The notes under the pieces: model-generated
Told to the model about the DNA's origin: nothing
Database searches by the model: none
The model's input: only the letters and a program-made list of their open reading frames with translations
Shown here: positions 23,138-32,472 of the stretch, one piece after another
How positions within the stretch are numbered: position 1 is the first letter of the stretch
How the letters are laid out: each line of letters opens with the position of its first letter
Made by a program: the position numbers and the translations under genes
Assembly (NCBI RefSeq): GCF_049977265.1
Contig: NZ_JBMFGQ010000001.1
Span: 18,556-82,555 of the forward strand
DNA length: 64,000 nucleotides
Reading direction: 5' to 3'
DNA from: Desulfurella sp.
Lineage (GTDB): Bacteria; Campylobacterota_A; Desulfurellia; Desulfurellales; Desulfurellaceae

Positions 23138-23966
23138 TGTTTTGAAAATATCTCAACAAACCTTCAAAATTCATATCATCTGGATTTGCAAGTCTATATA
23201 GTTCTCTTATGCTTTGTTTAGAAAAGAAAGAATCAATAAATAAGAGAAATTCTTTATAGTTTTGGCTGCTTTGTATAAAATTTTCGTATTTTTCAATCTG
23301 AGAAATGAGTATATCGAAGTGCGTATTATCTTTAAAGCAACCAAAATGTGTAGGACAAATAAACTGAGGTGCGTATTTTTTTAATTTTTCAATTGACAAT
23401 ACCCACTCTTTTAGATTGATATCTGGCGGTGGCATTGGTGGCATAATTGGCCCGTCTAAAATGCGTATACCGCCTTCATCGCCCGTAAACATATGGTCAT
23501 CTAGAAAAAAACATGCATGGTGTTTGGCATGTCCGGGTGTAAAAATAGGTATGATGTTTGTCCCAGATATGTCAATTGCTTCTTCATCATTTAATACAAT
23601 GATCTGTTCTTTACTAATAGGTTCAAGATCACCAAATAGCGATTTTAGTTTATCCTTATAGACAGTTTTGGCCGAAGCAACAAGGCGAGTTGGATCAATA
23701 AGATGTTTTGCGCCATTTGGGTGAACATAGATTTTGGCACCGCTTTTAGCAAAGTGCCAGGCTGCACCGCTGTGATCTAGATGAATATGTGTTACAAAAA
23801 CATGCTTTATGTCTTTTTGGCTTAAACCTGAATGTTGCAAATGCTTAGTTAAATGTTCGAATGTTGAATCTGGGCCTGTTTCTATTAGTATGGGTTCTTT
23901 TGCTTCAATGAGAAAACTTGCGATGATATTTTGTTTATCTTGAAAGTCTAAATCAATGATTTTCAT
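23127..23966 (-). CDS. MBL-fold metallo-hydrolase
   Basis: 279 aa. THIHLDHSG metal-binding motif, with downstream His/Asp ligands. Confidence 0.85.
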   Translation of the reverse strand: MKIIDLDFQDKQNIIASFLIEAKEPILIETGPDSTFEHLTKHLQHSGLSQKDIKHVFVTHIHLDHSGAAWHFAKSGAKIYVHPNGAKHLIDPTRLVASAKTVYKDKLKSLFGDLEPISKEQIIVLNDEEAIDISGTNIIPIFTPGHAKHHACFFLDDHMFTGDEGGIRILDGPIMPPMPPPDINLKEWVLSIEKLKKYAPQFICPTHFGCFKDNTHFDILISQIEKYENFIQSSQNYKEFLLFIDSFFSKQSIRELYRLANPDDMNFEGLLRYFQNTKV

Positions 23967-23978
23967 AGAATTTTCTCC

Positions 23979-24284
23979 TTAAAGTTTTTTTCTTTGCAAA
24001 TTTATTTTTGCTTCATCAAAATTATCCATTTTATATATGCGCACTATATGGCTTCTTGGAAATTCAATGCGTTCTATTGTTTTAAAAACGCCTTTTAAAT
24101 TACTATAATCGATGCTCAAGTCAATTTTTCTAAAGCCATTTTCTATTATGCGGTATTTGTCTTTTAGCTTAATTAATAAAACACTGCGGTTTCTTTTATA
24201 GCTTCTAATATCTAAATACTGGCCTTCTTCTAATTGTTTTGCTTTTTTCTCTATTATACTAAGAAAATTTTCTTTTTCTATCAT
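23979..24284 (-). CDS. hypothetical protein (101 aa)
   Basis: Intact ORF upstream of, and co-directional with, the MBL hydrolase gene. It has its own promoter geometry. No family recognised. Confidence 0.5.
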   Translation of the reverse strand: MIEKENFLSIIEKKAKQLEEGQYLDIRSYKRNRSVLLIKLKDKYRIIENGFRKIDLSIDYSNLKGVFKTIERIEFPRSHIVRIYKMDNFDEAKINLQRKKL

Positions 24285-24290
24285 GGACTT

Positions 24291-24319
24291 ATTTTATAGA
24301 TTTATTGAAAAAACTTCAA
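24291..24319 (-). promoter_or_regulatory. promoter abutting the ATG of the 101-aa gene (leaderless geometry)
   Basis: Minus strand reads TTGAAG (24319..24314), 17 nt, TAAAAT (24296..24291), then 6 nt to the ATG at 24284. Confidence 0.45.
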
Positions 24320-24335
24320 GACGTTGTTAAAAAAT

Positions 24336-24363
24336 TTGAAATGAGTGTTAAAGCCTGTATAAT
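24336..24363 (+). promoter_or_regulatory. promoter abutting the ATG of the K+ channel gene (leaderless geometry)
   Basis: TTGAAA (24336..24341), 16 nt, TATAAT (24358..24363), then 6 nt to the ATG at 24370. No Shine-Dalgarno. Confidence 0.5.
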
Positions 24364-24369
24364 AAAAAC

Positions 24370-25863
24370 ATGAAATTTATTGATTTCTTAGTAAGAATAA
24401 GAAATGTTTTATATGTTAATAGAATTACATCCTATCTTTTTAGTTTTTTTATGAGGTTGGTATTATTTGGCTCAATCGTATCTATAATGGTGTTTAAAGG
24501 GGCAAAATTTTTTGATTATGCTATTATAAAGCATTTTTTTACAAATATCGAGATAGTTGTTGTTTCAATTATTATCGCTGAGTTTGTCGCAAATTATGCT
24601 ACTTTTTTTGCGGTTTTGATTAAAGATAAAAGTTTTAGCTACAAAGCGGTATTAAATCAAACTATCAATTCGCTATTTTTAGCTAACATCGTTGCTATGA
24701 TACCTTTTTTCTTATTGCCTTATCCATATACTTTGCTTGTTGTGCTTGCAAGGTTGTTACAGTTTGGTCGTTTTAGTAAAAAAATTATGGAGCTGGTGGA
24801 TGTTATTAAAAAAAGCTTTTATGAGCTAACATGGTTTTTTGCAATTTTTGCATTTTTTTTGTTTGTTTCTTCAATTTCCATTTATCTTGCGGAAAGCCCA
24901 TACAACCCTCAGTTTAGATCTATATTTAATGCATTTTGGTGGTCTATTGTAACTGCTACTACAGTAGGTTATGGCGATATAGTTCCAATTACTACAGCAG
25001 GTAAATTAATTGCTGCGTTTTTGATGATATTCGGCATTGTTAGCATTGCAATGCTAACAAGTATTATAACTTCTGCGTTTACACGCAAGATTATAGAATC
25101 AAAATTAAACAAGGAGGAGGTAATGCAAAAAAAGATAGATTCATTATTAAATCACTACATTATTTGTGGATTTGGGAAAATTACGAGTTTGGTTGCACAA
25201 CAATTAAAAATGAACAATATCGATTTTGTTATTATTGAAAAAGACAAAGATAAAGTGCAGGAGGCGATATCGCAAGGATATTTAACAATAAATGCCGATG
25301 CTGCTAGCGAAAAATCTTTGATGCAAGCAGGTATAATGCGTGCAAAAGGTATTGCAATTTTAACAAACTCTGATGCTGAAAATTTATATATTTTAATGAG
25401 TGTAAAAGAACTCAATCAAAGTATTTTTTCAATAGCGCGCGTAAACGCAAGAGAAAATGAAGAAGAATCAATTAAGAGATTTAAAAGGCTTGATGCTACA
25501 ACCATATCGCCCTACCATACATCAGCTACAAGGGTTGCAAGAATGATTTTAGCACCTAATGCTGCTGATGCGCTATTTAGTATTGCAGGCGCTAAAGAAG
25601 CTATAGAAATTGATGAAGTTAGAATACCAAAAAACAGCCCCTACAATGGAAAAATGATAAAGCAAACAAACATAAGGCCATTTTACAATTTAATGATTAT
25701 AGCCTTAGTAAAGGAAGTTTTGAATAAAAACGAACAAAAAATAGAAAAAACATTAAAATTTAACCCAAGCGGTGATGATATAATAAGTTCAGATACTATA
25801 TTAATTTGTGTGGGGCTAACTCAAGATTTACAAAGGTTCAAAAAAGATTTAGGGTCAAGCTGA
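24370..25863 (+). CDS. potassium channel with multi-TM ion-transport domain and C-terminal RCK (TrkA-N/TrkA-C) domain
   Basis: 497 aa. Selectivity filter TATTVGYGD, an S4-like ARLLQFGRFSKK segment, and a Rossmann-like ICGFGKI RCK domain. Confidence 0.88.
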   Translation: MKFIDFLVRIRNVLYVNRITSYLFSFFMRLVLFGSIVSIMVFKGAKFFDYAIIKHFFTNIEIVVVSIIIAEFVANYATFFAVLIKDKSFSYKAVLNQTINSLFLANIVAMIPFFLLPYPYTLLVVLARLLQFGRFSKKIMELVDVIKKSFYELTWFFAIFAFFLFVSSISIYLAESPYNPQFRSIFNAFWWSIVTATTVGYGDIVPITTAGKLIAAFLMIFGIVSIAMLTSIITSAFTRKIIESKLNKEEVMQKKIDSLLNHYIICGFGKITSLVAQQLKMNNIDFVIIEKDKDKVQEAISQGYLTINADAASEKSLMQAGIMRAKGIAILTNSDAENLYILMSVKELNQSIFSIARVNARENEEESIKRFKRLDATTISPYHTSATRVARMILAPNAADALFSIAGAKEAIEIDEVRIPKNSPYNGKMIKQTNIRPFYNLMIIALVKEVLNKNEQKIEKTLKFNPSGDDIISSDTILICVGLTQDLQRFKKDLGSS

Positions 25864-25870
25864 CCCTAAA
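25848..25870. terminator. bidirectional hairpin between convergent genes
   Basis: TTTAGGGTCA-AGC-TGACCCTAAA is a perfect 10-bp stem with a 3-nt loop. It spans the K+ channel stop codon and ends 3 nt before the stop of the His-rich gene. Confidence 0.6.
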
Positions 25871-25872
25871 TC

Positions 25873-26160
25873 TTAGTAGCCTTTGTGAGCAGCAGGATTT
25901 GGTATTGCTCTTTGTGCAGGTATTGTTCCAGCTGGTGTGTGTGTTGTGGGGAGAGCCGGTGTTGCTGCATGGTAGTTGGCATTTCTGTGAATTAGCCTGT
26001 GGTTTACGTGTTTATAAACTTTGTGTTTATAATCTGTGTGATGATAAACTTTGTGGTGGTAGGGATGATGGATCTTTGATGGTCTATAGGGCGCTTGTGC
26101 AAATGCATTTACAGACAAAGCTAGCAAAAGTGTACCTGCTAAAAGGAATTTTTTTAGCAT
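25873..26160 (-). CDS. small secreted histidine/tyrosine-rich repeat protein
   Basis: 95 aa. Strong AAGGAGG lies 7 nt upstream of the ATG. Signal peptide MLKKFLLAGTLLLALSVNAFA. The mature part carries about 14 His (HHPYHHKVYHHTDYKHKVYKHVNH...). Confidence 0.7.
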   Translation of the reverse strand: MLKKFLLAGTLLLALSVNAFAQAPYRPSKIHHPYHHKVYHHTDYKHKVYKHVNHRLIHRNANYHAATPALPTTHTPAGTIPAQRAIPNPAAHKGY

Positions 26161-26291
26161 GTCAAACCTCCTTTTTCACATTTTTTACCAGTTTAACCAA
26201 TTGTAGTGAAATTAAGGTCAATTTTTATATCTATTTGAATTTTGAAATTTTTTTTGTTATTATAAAAACAAATAGAAACGGAGGGTAAACA

Positions 26292-28685
26292 ATGAAATTT
26301 ATAAAGTGGCTTGATGAAGTATCAATGAGCGATGTTGGTTTAGTTGGTGGCAAAAACGCATCTTTGGGCGAAATGTTAAAAGAATTAAAAAGCGAAGGAA
26401 TTAACGTTCCTTATGGTTTTGCTCTAACAGCACAATCTTACTGGTATCTTTTGGAAAGTTCTCATATAAAAGAAAAAATTGAATCCACATTGGCATCTCT
26501 CAACACACATGATATAAATGATTTACAGGCAAAATGCGCCGCTGCAAGACAAATGATAGAACAGGCAGACCTGCCGCAAGACTTATTACAAGAAATAAAA
26601 GAAGCTTATATAAAATTATCCAGCATGTATTCTGCACAAAACACAGATGTTGCGGTGCGTTCTTCTGCTACAGCAGAAGATTTGCCAGATGCTTCATTTG
26701 CTGGTCAGCAGGATACTTACCTTAATGTCAAAGGCATAGATAATGTTATAAAATATGTTAAAAAATGCTACGCCTCAATTTTTACAGATAGAGCTACATC
26801 CTACAGGCACGATAAAGGTTTTAATCATTTTGATATTGGTTTGTCAGTGACAGTTCAAAAAATGGCTCGTTCAGATAAAGCGGCAAGCGGTGTAATGTTT
26901 AGTATTGATACAGAAAGTGGTTTTGATAAAGTAGTGGTAATCAATGCAAGTTATGGGCTTGGTGAGCTTATCGTTGCTGGTAAAGTAAACCCTGATGAGT
27001 TTGTGATTTTTAAGCCTACACTTGAAAAGGGTTACAAATCAATTATAAAAAAGAACTTAGGCTCAAAGCTGATCAAAGCTATTTATGATGAAAACGGTGG
27101 AATTAAAGAGGTTGAAACAAGCACTCAAGAAAGAATCAATTATGCACTAAGCGATGAAGATGTTTTAACGCTGGCTAAATGGGCTATAAAAATTGAAAAT
27201 CATTATACAAAAAAGCGTAACATTTACTCGCCAATGGATATAGAATGGGCAAAAGACGGTGAGCTTAATCAATTATTTGTTGTTCAGGCAAGGCCAGAAA
27301 CCGTGCATTCTCAAAAAAATCTAAGCATTATGGAAACTTACAAATTGAAAGAAAAAGGCGAGATTATTACAAAAGGTGTTGCAGTGGGTAGCAAGATTGC
27401 AAGTGGCAAGTCGCATGTTTTGCTTGATTCAAGTAAAATTTCCGAATTTAAAGAAGGCGAAGTTCTTGTAACTGATATGACAGATCCTGATTGGGAACCC
27501 ATTATGAAAAAAGCCAAAGCAATAGTTACAAACCGTGGTGGTAGGACATGTCACGCTGCCATTATTTCAAGGGAATTGGGAGTGCCCGCCATTGTAGGTT
27601 GTGGCAATGCCACGAATGCTATTAAGACTGCACAAGAAATAACAATTTCTTGTGCAGAAGGCGACGAAGGCTATGTTTACAAAGGAAAATTAGATTTTGA
27701 AGTTGAAACGCTTGATTTATCATCGCTTAAAAGGCCAAAAACGCAAATTAAACTGAATTTAGGAAACCCGGCGCTTGCTCTATCTAGCGCTAATATCCCA
27801 AACGATGGTATCGGTCTTGCAAGAATGGAGTTTATAATTAGCTCGTTTATACAGGTACACCCGTTGGCACTTATTCACTTTGATAGGCTAGAAGATAGCC
27901 AAGTAAAAAAACGTATACAAGAGCTAACACTAAGTTATGATTACAAGCCGCAGTATTTTATAGATAAATTAGCTCAAGGTGTGTCTTTGTTGGCTGCGAG
28001 CGTTTATCCAAAACCAATACTAGTCAGGATGAGCGATTTTAAGACTAATGAGTATGCAAACTTAATAGGCGGTTCTCAATTTGAACCAGAAGAAGAAAAT
28101 CCTATGATTGGGTGGCGTGGTGCATCTAGATACTACTCAGACAATTACAAAGAAGGCTTTGCGCTGGAGTGTCTGGCAATGAAAAAAGTCAGAAACGAGT
28201 TTGGACTTACCAATATTCAGCTTATGATACCTTTTTGTAGAACGCCCGAAGAAGGAAAAAACGTTATTGCTGAAATGAAAAAAAACGGTCTCGTTCAAGG
28301 CGAAAATGGTCTTGAAATCTATGTTATGGCAGAAATTCCTAGCAATGTAATATGTGCTGATGAATATGCTCAGATTTTTGATGGATTCTCAATTGGCTCA
28401 AACGATTTAACACAACTTACTCTGGGAATTGATAGAGACTCGGGTCTTATCGCTCACCTTTTTGATGAAAGACATATTGCAGTAAAACGTATGATTTCGA
28501 TGCTTATAAAAACTGCCCACAAATACAACAAAAGTGTAGGTATATGTGGCCAGGCACCAAGCGATTTTCCTGATTTTGCTGAATTTTTGGTAGGAGAAGG
28601 CATAGATTCTATGAGTCTAAACCCAGACAGCATAATGTCTACGACGCTAAAAGTTCTTGAAGTAGAAAAAAAGTTGGGTAGATAA
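26292..28685 (+). CDS. ppsA: phosphoenolpyruvate synthase (pyruvate, water dikinase)
   Basis: 797 aa. Phosphohistidine motif GGRTCHAAIISRELGVPAIVG and a C-terminal PEP-utilising TIM domain. Confidence 0.96.
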   Translation: MKFIKWLDEVSMSDVGLVGGKNASLGEMLKELKSEGINVPYGFALTAQSYWYLLESSHIKEKIESTLASLNTHDINDLQAKCAAARQMIEQADLPQDLLQEIKEAYIKLSSMYSAQNTDVAVRSSATAEDLPDASFAGQQDTYLNVKGIDNVIKYVKKCYASIFTDRATSYRHDKGFNHFDIGLSVTVQKMARSDKAASGVMFSIDTESGFDKVVVINASYGLGELIVAGKVNPDEFVIFKPTLEKGYKSIIKKNLGSKLIKAIYDENGGIKEVETSTQERINYALSDEDVLTLAKWAIKIENHYTKKRNIYSPMDIEWAKDGELNQLFVVQARPETVHSQKNLSIMETYKLKEKGEIITKGVAVGSKIASGKSHVLLDSSKISEFKEGEVLVTDMTDPDWEPIMKKAKAIVTNRGGRTCHAAIISRELGVPAIVGCGNATNAIKTAQEITISCAEGDEGYVYKGKLDFEVETLDLSSLKRPKTQIKLNLGNPALALSSANIPNDGIGLARMEFIISSFIQVHPLALIHFDRLEDSQVKKRIQELTLSYDYKPQYFIDKLAQGVSLLAASVYPKPILVRMSDFKTNEYANLIGGSQFEPEEENPMIGWRGASRYYSDNYKEGFALECLAMKKVRNEFGLTNIQLMIPFCRTPEEGKNVIAEMKKNGLVQGENGLEIYVMAEIPSNVICADEYAQIFDGFSIGSNDLTQLTLGIDRDSGLIAHLFDERHIAVKRMISMLIKTAHKYNKSVGICGQAPSDFPDFAEFLVGEGIDSMSLNPDSIMSTTLKVLEVEKKLGR

Positions 28686-28686
28686 T

Positions 28687-30030
28687 ATGTACGAAGATTC
28701 ATATAGCTTGCTTAAAAACGCAACATTCGATTTTTTTGACTTATATATAGAAGATTCACTAAATAGAACTATAGAATCCAAAAATAGACAAATAGAAAAC
28801 GTAAACTTTAGTACTGAAAAAGGTATTGGCATAAGAGCGGTAAAGGGCTTTTCTACGCTTTTTGCCTCCACCAACGACTTAAGTGAAAAAACGGTATTTG
28901 AGAAAACAAAATTTATTTGCGACATACAAAATCCCAAAAAAGGCGTAAATATTGTTGAAACGCCTCAAATGAGCATTTACTCATACAATGGCTATCCTGT
29001 CGATCTTGACAAATCAAAAGAGATAATTGATACAATAAATGATACTGCCTATAAAAATCCTAATATTGTGCAAGCAAGCATTACTTATTCGGATAAACTA
29101 AAGCAAATTGCTATAATTAATGAAAGTGGCAACTTAGTGCAGGAGAAACGTATTTATACTTTGCTTTATATTGAGTTAGTAGGAAAGCATGATGATATTT
29201 TGCAAACGGTGAGAAAGCCCCTTTCGGCTATGGGTGGTTTTGAATTTTTGGAAGGTATTAATTTTGAAAGATTAACGCAAGAAATGGTAGAAAAAGTAGA
29301 AGAATTAATTAAAAGCCCCCGTCTTGAACCTGCTGTAATGAGTGTAGTCTTGGATGCAAGTGCTGGTGGTACAATGATACATGAGGCTGTCGGTCACGGA
29401 TTAGAAGCGGATTTAGTGTTTGAATCAATGAGTGTTTACAAAAATAAATTAGGCTCAAGAGTGGCAAATGAAAAAATCACTGTTGTAGATGATGCTTGCG
29501 TAGAAAAAGCAAGAGGCTCTTTTGTTTATGATGATGAAGGTACGCATGGTATGCGAAAAATGCTTATAAAAAATGGTATCCTAAATGATTATATGTTTGA
29601 CAAAATGTATGCAAAAGCAAATAGTAGGCTTTCAAATGGCAGCGCCCGCAGACAATCTTACGCTTATGTCCCAATTCCTCGTATGTCCAACACATACATT
29701 TTGCCAGGAAACGACAGCAAAGAAGCAATTATAGATAGCATAGAATATGGATTGCTTGTCAAAAAAATGGGTGGGGGGCAAGTAAACCCTGTTACTGGAG
29801 ATTTTGTTTTTGAAGTTTCAGAAGGTTATTTATTAGAAAAAGGCAAAATCAAGCATATGGTTAGGGGCGCCACACTTATAGGCAATGGTCCAAAAATTTT
29901 GCAAGATATTGATATGATAGGTGACGATTTTGGAAGTGAAGTAGGTACCTGCGGCAAGAGCTCACAAGGTGTGCCTGTTACAGACGGTGAGCCAACGCTT
30001 AGAATACCAAAAATTATGGTAGGGGGCTAA
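28687..30030 (+). CDS. tldD: TldD-family metalloprotease
   Basis: 447 aa. HEAVGHGLEAD zinc motif and a GxC...GxP C-terminal pattern. Confidence 0.88.
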   Translation: MYEDSYSLLKNATFDFFDLYIEDSLNRTIESKNRQIENVNFSTEKGIGIRAVKGFSTLFASTNDLSEKTVFEKTKFICDIQNPKKGVNIVETPQMSIYSYNGYPVDLDKSKEIIDTINDTAYKNPNIVQASITYSDKLKQIAIINESGNLVQEKRIYTLLYIELVGKHDDILQTVRKPLSAMGGFEFLEGINFERLTQEMVEKVEELIKSPRLEPAVMSVVLDASAGGTMIHEAVGHGLEADLVFESMSVYKNKLGSRVANEKITVVDDACVEKARGSFVYDDEGTHGMRKMLIKNGILNDYMFDKMYAKANSRLSNGSARRQSYAYVPIPRMSNTYILPGNDSKEAIIDSIEYGLLVKKMGGGQVNPVTGDFVFEVSEGYLLEKGKIKHMVRGATLIGNGPKILQDIDMIGDDFGSEVGTCGKSSQGVPVTDGEPTLRIPKIMVGG

Positions 30031-30033
30031 CCA

Positions 30034-30756
30034 ATTCATTATAAACTAAAAATTAGCTACGATGGTAGTTATTTTCATGGAATGCAAATACAAAAAAACA
30101 AATTTACAGTTCAACAAGAGGTAGAGTCGGCCCTTAAAAAATTATTTGATTTTAACGTGTCAATAAATTATGCAGGCAGAACTGATGCGGGTGTACATGC
30201 ATTGGGGCAGGTAGTTGATTTTTATATTGATAAAACTTTAGATGTGCAGGTTATAAAAAAAGCGCTTAACGCTTTACTTAAACCAGAGGTTCGTGTATTA
30301 GGCGCTTATCGTGTGCCGGATGTTTTTCATTCGCGCTATAGTTGTATTTTTAGAGATTATGTGTATATTATAAACACTGCGGATGTGTGTATGCCATTTT
30401 TAAAAAATTACGTTTGGCATGTGCCAAAGCTTAATATATCTAGATTATTAGATGTTAAGGATTTATTTGTTGGTTATAGAAATTTTGTCTTCCTTTCAAA
30501 AGGTTCAAAAAATAAACAAACGTATCGTTTTGTTAAATATATAAGATTCAAACAAAAAGGATACTTTGCAATTTTTTTTATCAGAGGTCAAGCTTTTTTA
30601 AGAGGCATGGTAAGGCTTATAATAGGCGCTATTGTAGCTTACGCAAGAGGTATTATTTCTATAGAACAGATTGAAAATACTTTGACTGCCACTTATAGAC
30701 AAAATTCTCTCAAAGCTCCAGCATGCGGATTATACTTTAAACGAGCAATTTATTAG
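30034..30756 (+). CDS. truA: tRNA pseudouridine(38-40) synthase TruA
   Basis: Conserved TruA N-terminus YKLKISYDGSYFHGMQIQ and catalytic GRTDAGVHA. The frame opens right after the tldD stop. The first canonical start (ATG 30082) removes the conserved beta-strand. The ATT at 30034 lies 7 nt after AGGGGG. Confidence 0.85.
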   Translation: MHYKLKISYDGSYFHGMQIQKNKFTVQQEVESALKKLFDFNVSINYAGRTDAGVHALGQVVDFYIDKTLDVQVIKKALNALLKPEVRVLGAYRVPDVFHSRYSCIFRDYVYIINTADVCMPFLKNYVWHVPKLNISRLLDVKDLFVGYRNFVFLSKGSKNKQTYRFVKYIRFKQKGYFAIFFIRGQAFLRGMVRLIIGAIVAYARGIISIEQIENTLTATYRQNSLKAPACGLYFKRAIY

Positions 30757-30765
30757 AGGTGAGTA

Positions 30766-31047
30766 ATGATTAGTAAAGAGGAATTAAAGAAACTAGAAAA
30801 ATTAGCTAAGCTAAAATTTCAAGATAAAGAGATTGAAAAATTTAGTTCTCAATTAAATGATATATTAGAGTACATGAAAGAGATTGATGAATTGAATTTA
30901 TCTAATATTGAACCTTTATCCAATCCACTTGGCAATGTAAATTTTTTTAGACAAGATAGAGTAGAAAAAAATTTTCAAGTAGAAGATATATTAAAAAATG
31001 CCCCAGATCGTGACAATAATTACTTTAAAGTTCCAAAAGTTATCTAA
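30766..31047 (+). CDS. gatC: Asp/Glu-tRNA amidotransferase subunit C
   Basis: 93 aa, typical GatC (LAKLKF...E...F..QL..IL.Y). Precedes gatA. Confidence 0.9.
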   Translation: MISKEELKKLEKLAKLKFQDKEIEKFSSQLNDILEYMKEIDELNLSNIEPLSNPLGNVNFFRQDRVEKNFQVEDILKNAPDRDNNYFKVPKVI

Positions 31048-31059
31048 TGGAGAAAATTT

Positions 31060-32469
31060 ATGATAGAAAAAACTTTGCATGAACTTATAGAACTGATCAA
31101 AAAACGGGACATTTCAGCAAAAGAGATTTATAAAGAGCAAATTAAGGTTATTAAAGAGAAAAATCCAGATCTTAACGCCTATATTAGTTTAATCGAAGAT
31201 GTTCAATCAGAAGAATCTGGCAGTTTGTTTGGTTTGCCTATTGCTATAAAAGATAATATTATGATTAAAGGGCATAAAACTACATGCGGTTCAAAAATGC
31301 TTTCAAATTTTGAAAGTATATATAATGCCACCGTAATTGAAAAACTTGAAAAAGCAAGTGCTAGTTTTATAGGCAAAACGAATATGGATGAGTTTGCAAT
31401 GGGTTCGTCTTGTGAGACTTCTTGCTTTGGCCCTACCAAAAATCCATGGAATAAAAGCCGTGTCAGTGGTGGTTCAAGCGGTGGCTCAGCAGCAGCCGTT
31501 GCTTCTGGGTTAGCCATTGCTGCATTGGGTTCTGATACGGGAGGTTCTATCAGGCAACCTGCTTCTTTTTGCGGCGTTGTGGGCTTAAAACCTACATATG
31601 GACGTGTTTCTCGCTATGGACTTGTAGCGTTTGCCTCTAGCTTGGATCAGATCGGACCTATTACGCGCGATGTAAAAGATGCAAGCTTACTTATGAATAT
31701 CATTTCAGGATTTGACCCAAAAGATTCTACGTCGGTAAATATTGAAGTTCCTAATTATTTAGAATCTTTAACTGAAGACTTAAAGGGTATAAAAATAGGA
31801 GTTTATGAGGCAGCTTTAGACTCTGTCTCAAAAGAAATAGCGCTTTCCATCGAAAACGCTATTCAAACATATAAAAAACTGGGTGCAGAGATTAAAAAAA
31901 TTGATTTGCCCCATATCAAGTATTCTATCTCAGATTATTATATTTTAGCATGCGCCGAAGCTTCAAGTAATCTGGCACGCTTTGATGGTGTCAAATATGG
32001 ATATAGAAGTAATGATGAATCTATTGAAGAAATGTATGTAAATACAAGAAGTGAAGGTTTTGGTGCTGAGGTAAAGCGTCGAATAATGCTTGGTACTTAC
32101 GTGCTCTCAAGTGGATATTACGATGCTTATTATGTACGCTCACTGCGCCTTCGCCATCTGATAAAAATGGATTTTGATAAAGCATTTGAACAAGTTGATG
32201 CAATAATATTGCCAACAACGCCCACTGATGCGTTTAAAATTGGAGCAGTTACTAAACCTCTTGAAATGTATCTTTCTGATACTTTTACTATACCTGCAAA
32301 TTTAGCGGGATTGCCCGCAATTAGTATACCGTGTGGTATAAGTAGCAATAATTTGCCTTTGGGTTTGCAAATCTTGTCAAATACTTTTAAAGAGGATATA
32401 TTACTAAAAGTTGCATATGCATTTGAGCAACAGCATGATTATTATAAAAAAATACCTATCCTGGAGTAA
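31060..32469 (+). CDS. gatA: Asp/Glu-tRNA amidotransferase subunit A
   Basis: 469 aa. Amidase signature GGSSGGSAAAVA...GSDTGGSIRQPA. Confidence 0.96.
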   Translation: MIEKTLHELIELIKKRDISAKEIYKEQIKVIKEKNPDLNAYISLIEDVQSEESGSLFGLPIAIKDNIMIKGHKTTCGSKMLSNFESIYNATVIEKLEKASASFIGKTNMDEFAMGSSCETSCFGPTKNPWNKSRVSGGSSGGSAAAVASGLAIAALGSDTGGSIRQPASFCGVVGLKPTYGRVSRYGLVAFASSLDQIGPITRDVKDASLLMNIISGFDPKDSTSVNIEVPNYLESLTEDLKGIKIGVYEAALDSVSKEIALSIENAIQTYKKLGAEIKKIDLPHIKYSISDYYILACAEASSNLARFDGVKYGYRSNDESIEEMYVNTRSEGFGAEVKRRIMLGTYVLSSGYYDAYYVRSLRLRHLIKMDFDKAFEQVDAIILPTTPTDAFKIGAVTKPLEMYLSDTFTIPANLAGLPAISIPCGISSNNLPLGLQILSNTFKEDILLKVAYAFEQQHDYYKKIPILE

Positions 32470-32472
32470 AAA

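Noticed and set aside
25806-26288. 160-aa plus-strand ORF spanning the His-rich gene
   Set aside because: It begins inside the K+ channel gene, has no Shine-Dalgarno and runs into the ppsA promoter region. The opposite strand has a strong Shine-Dalgarno, a signal peptide and a repeat structure.
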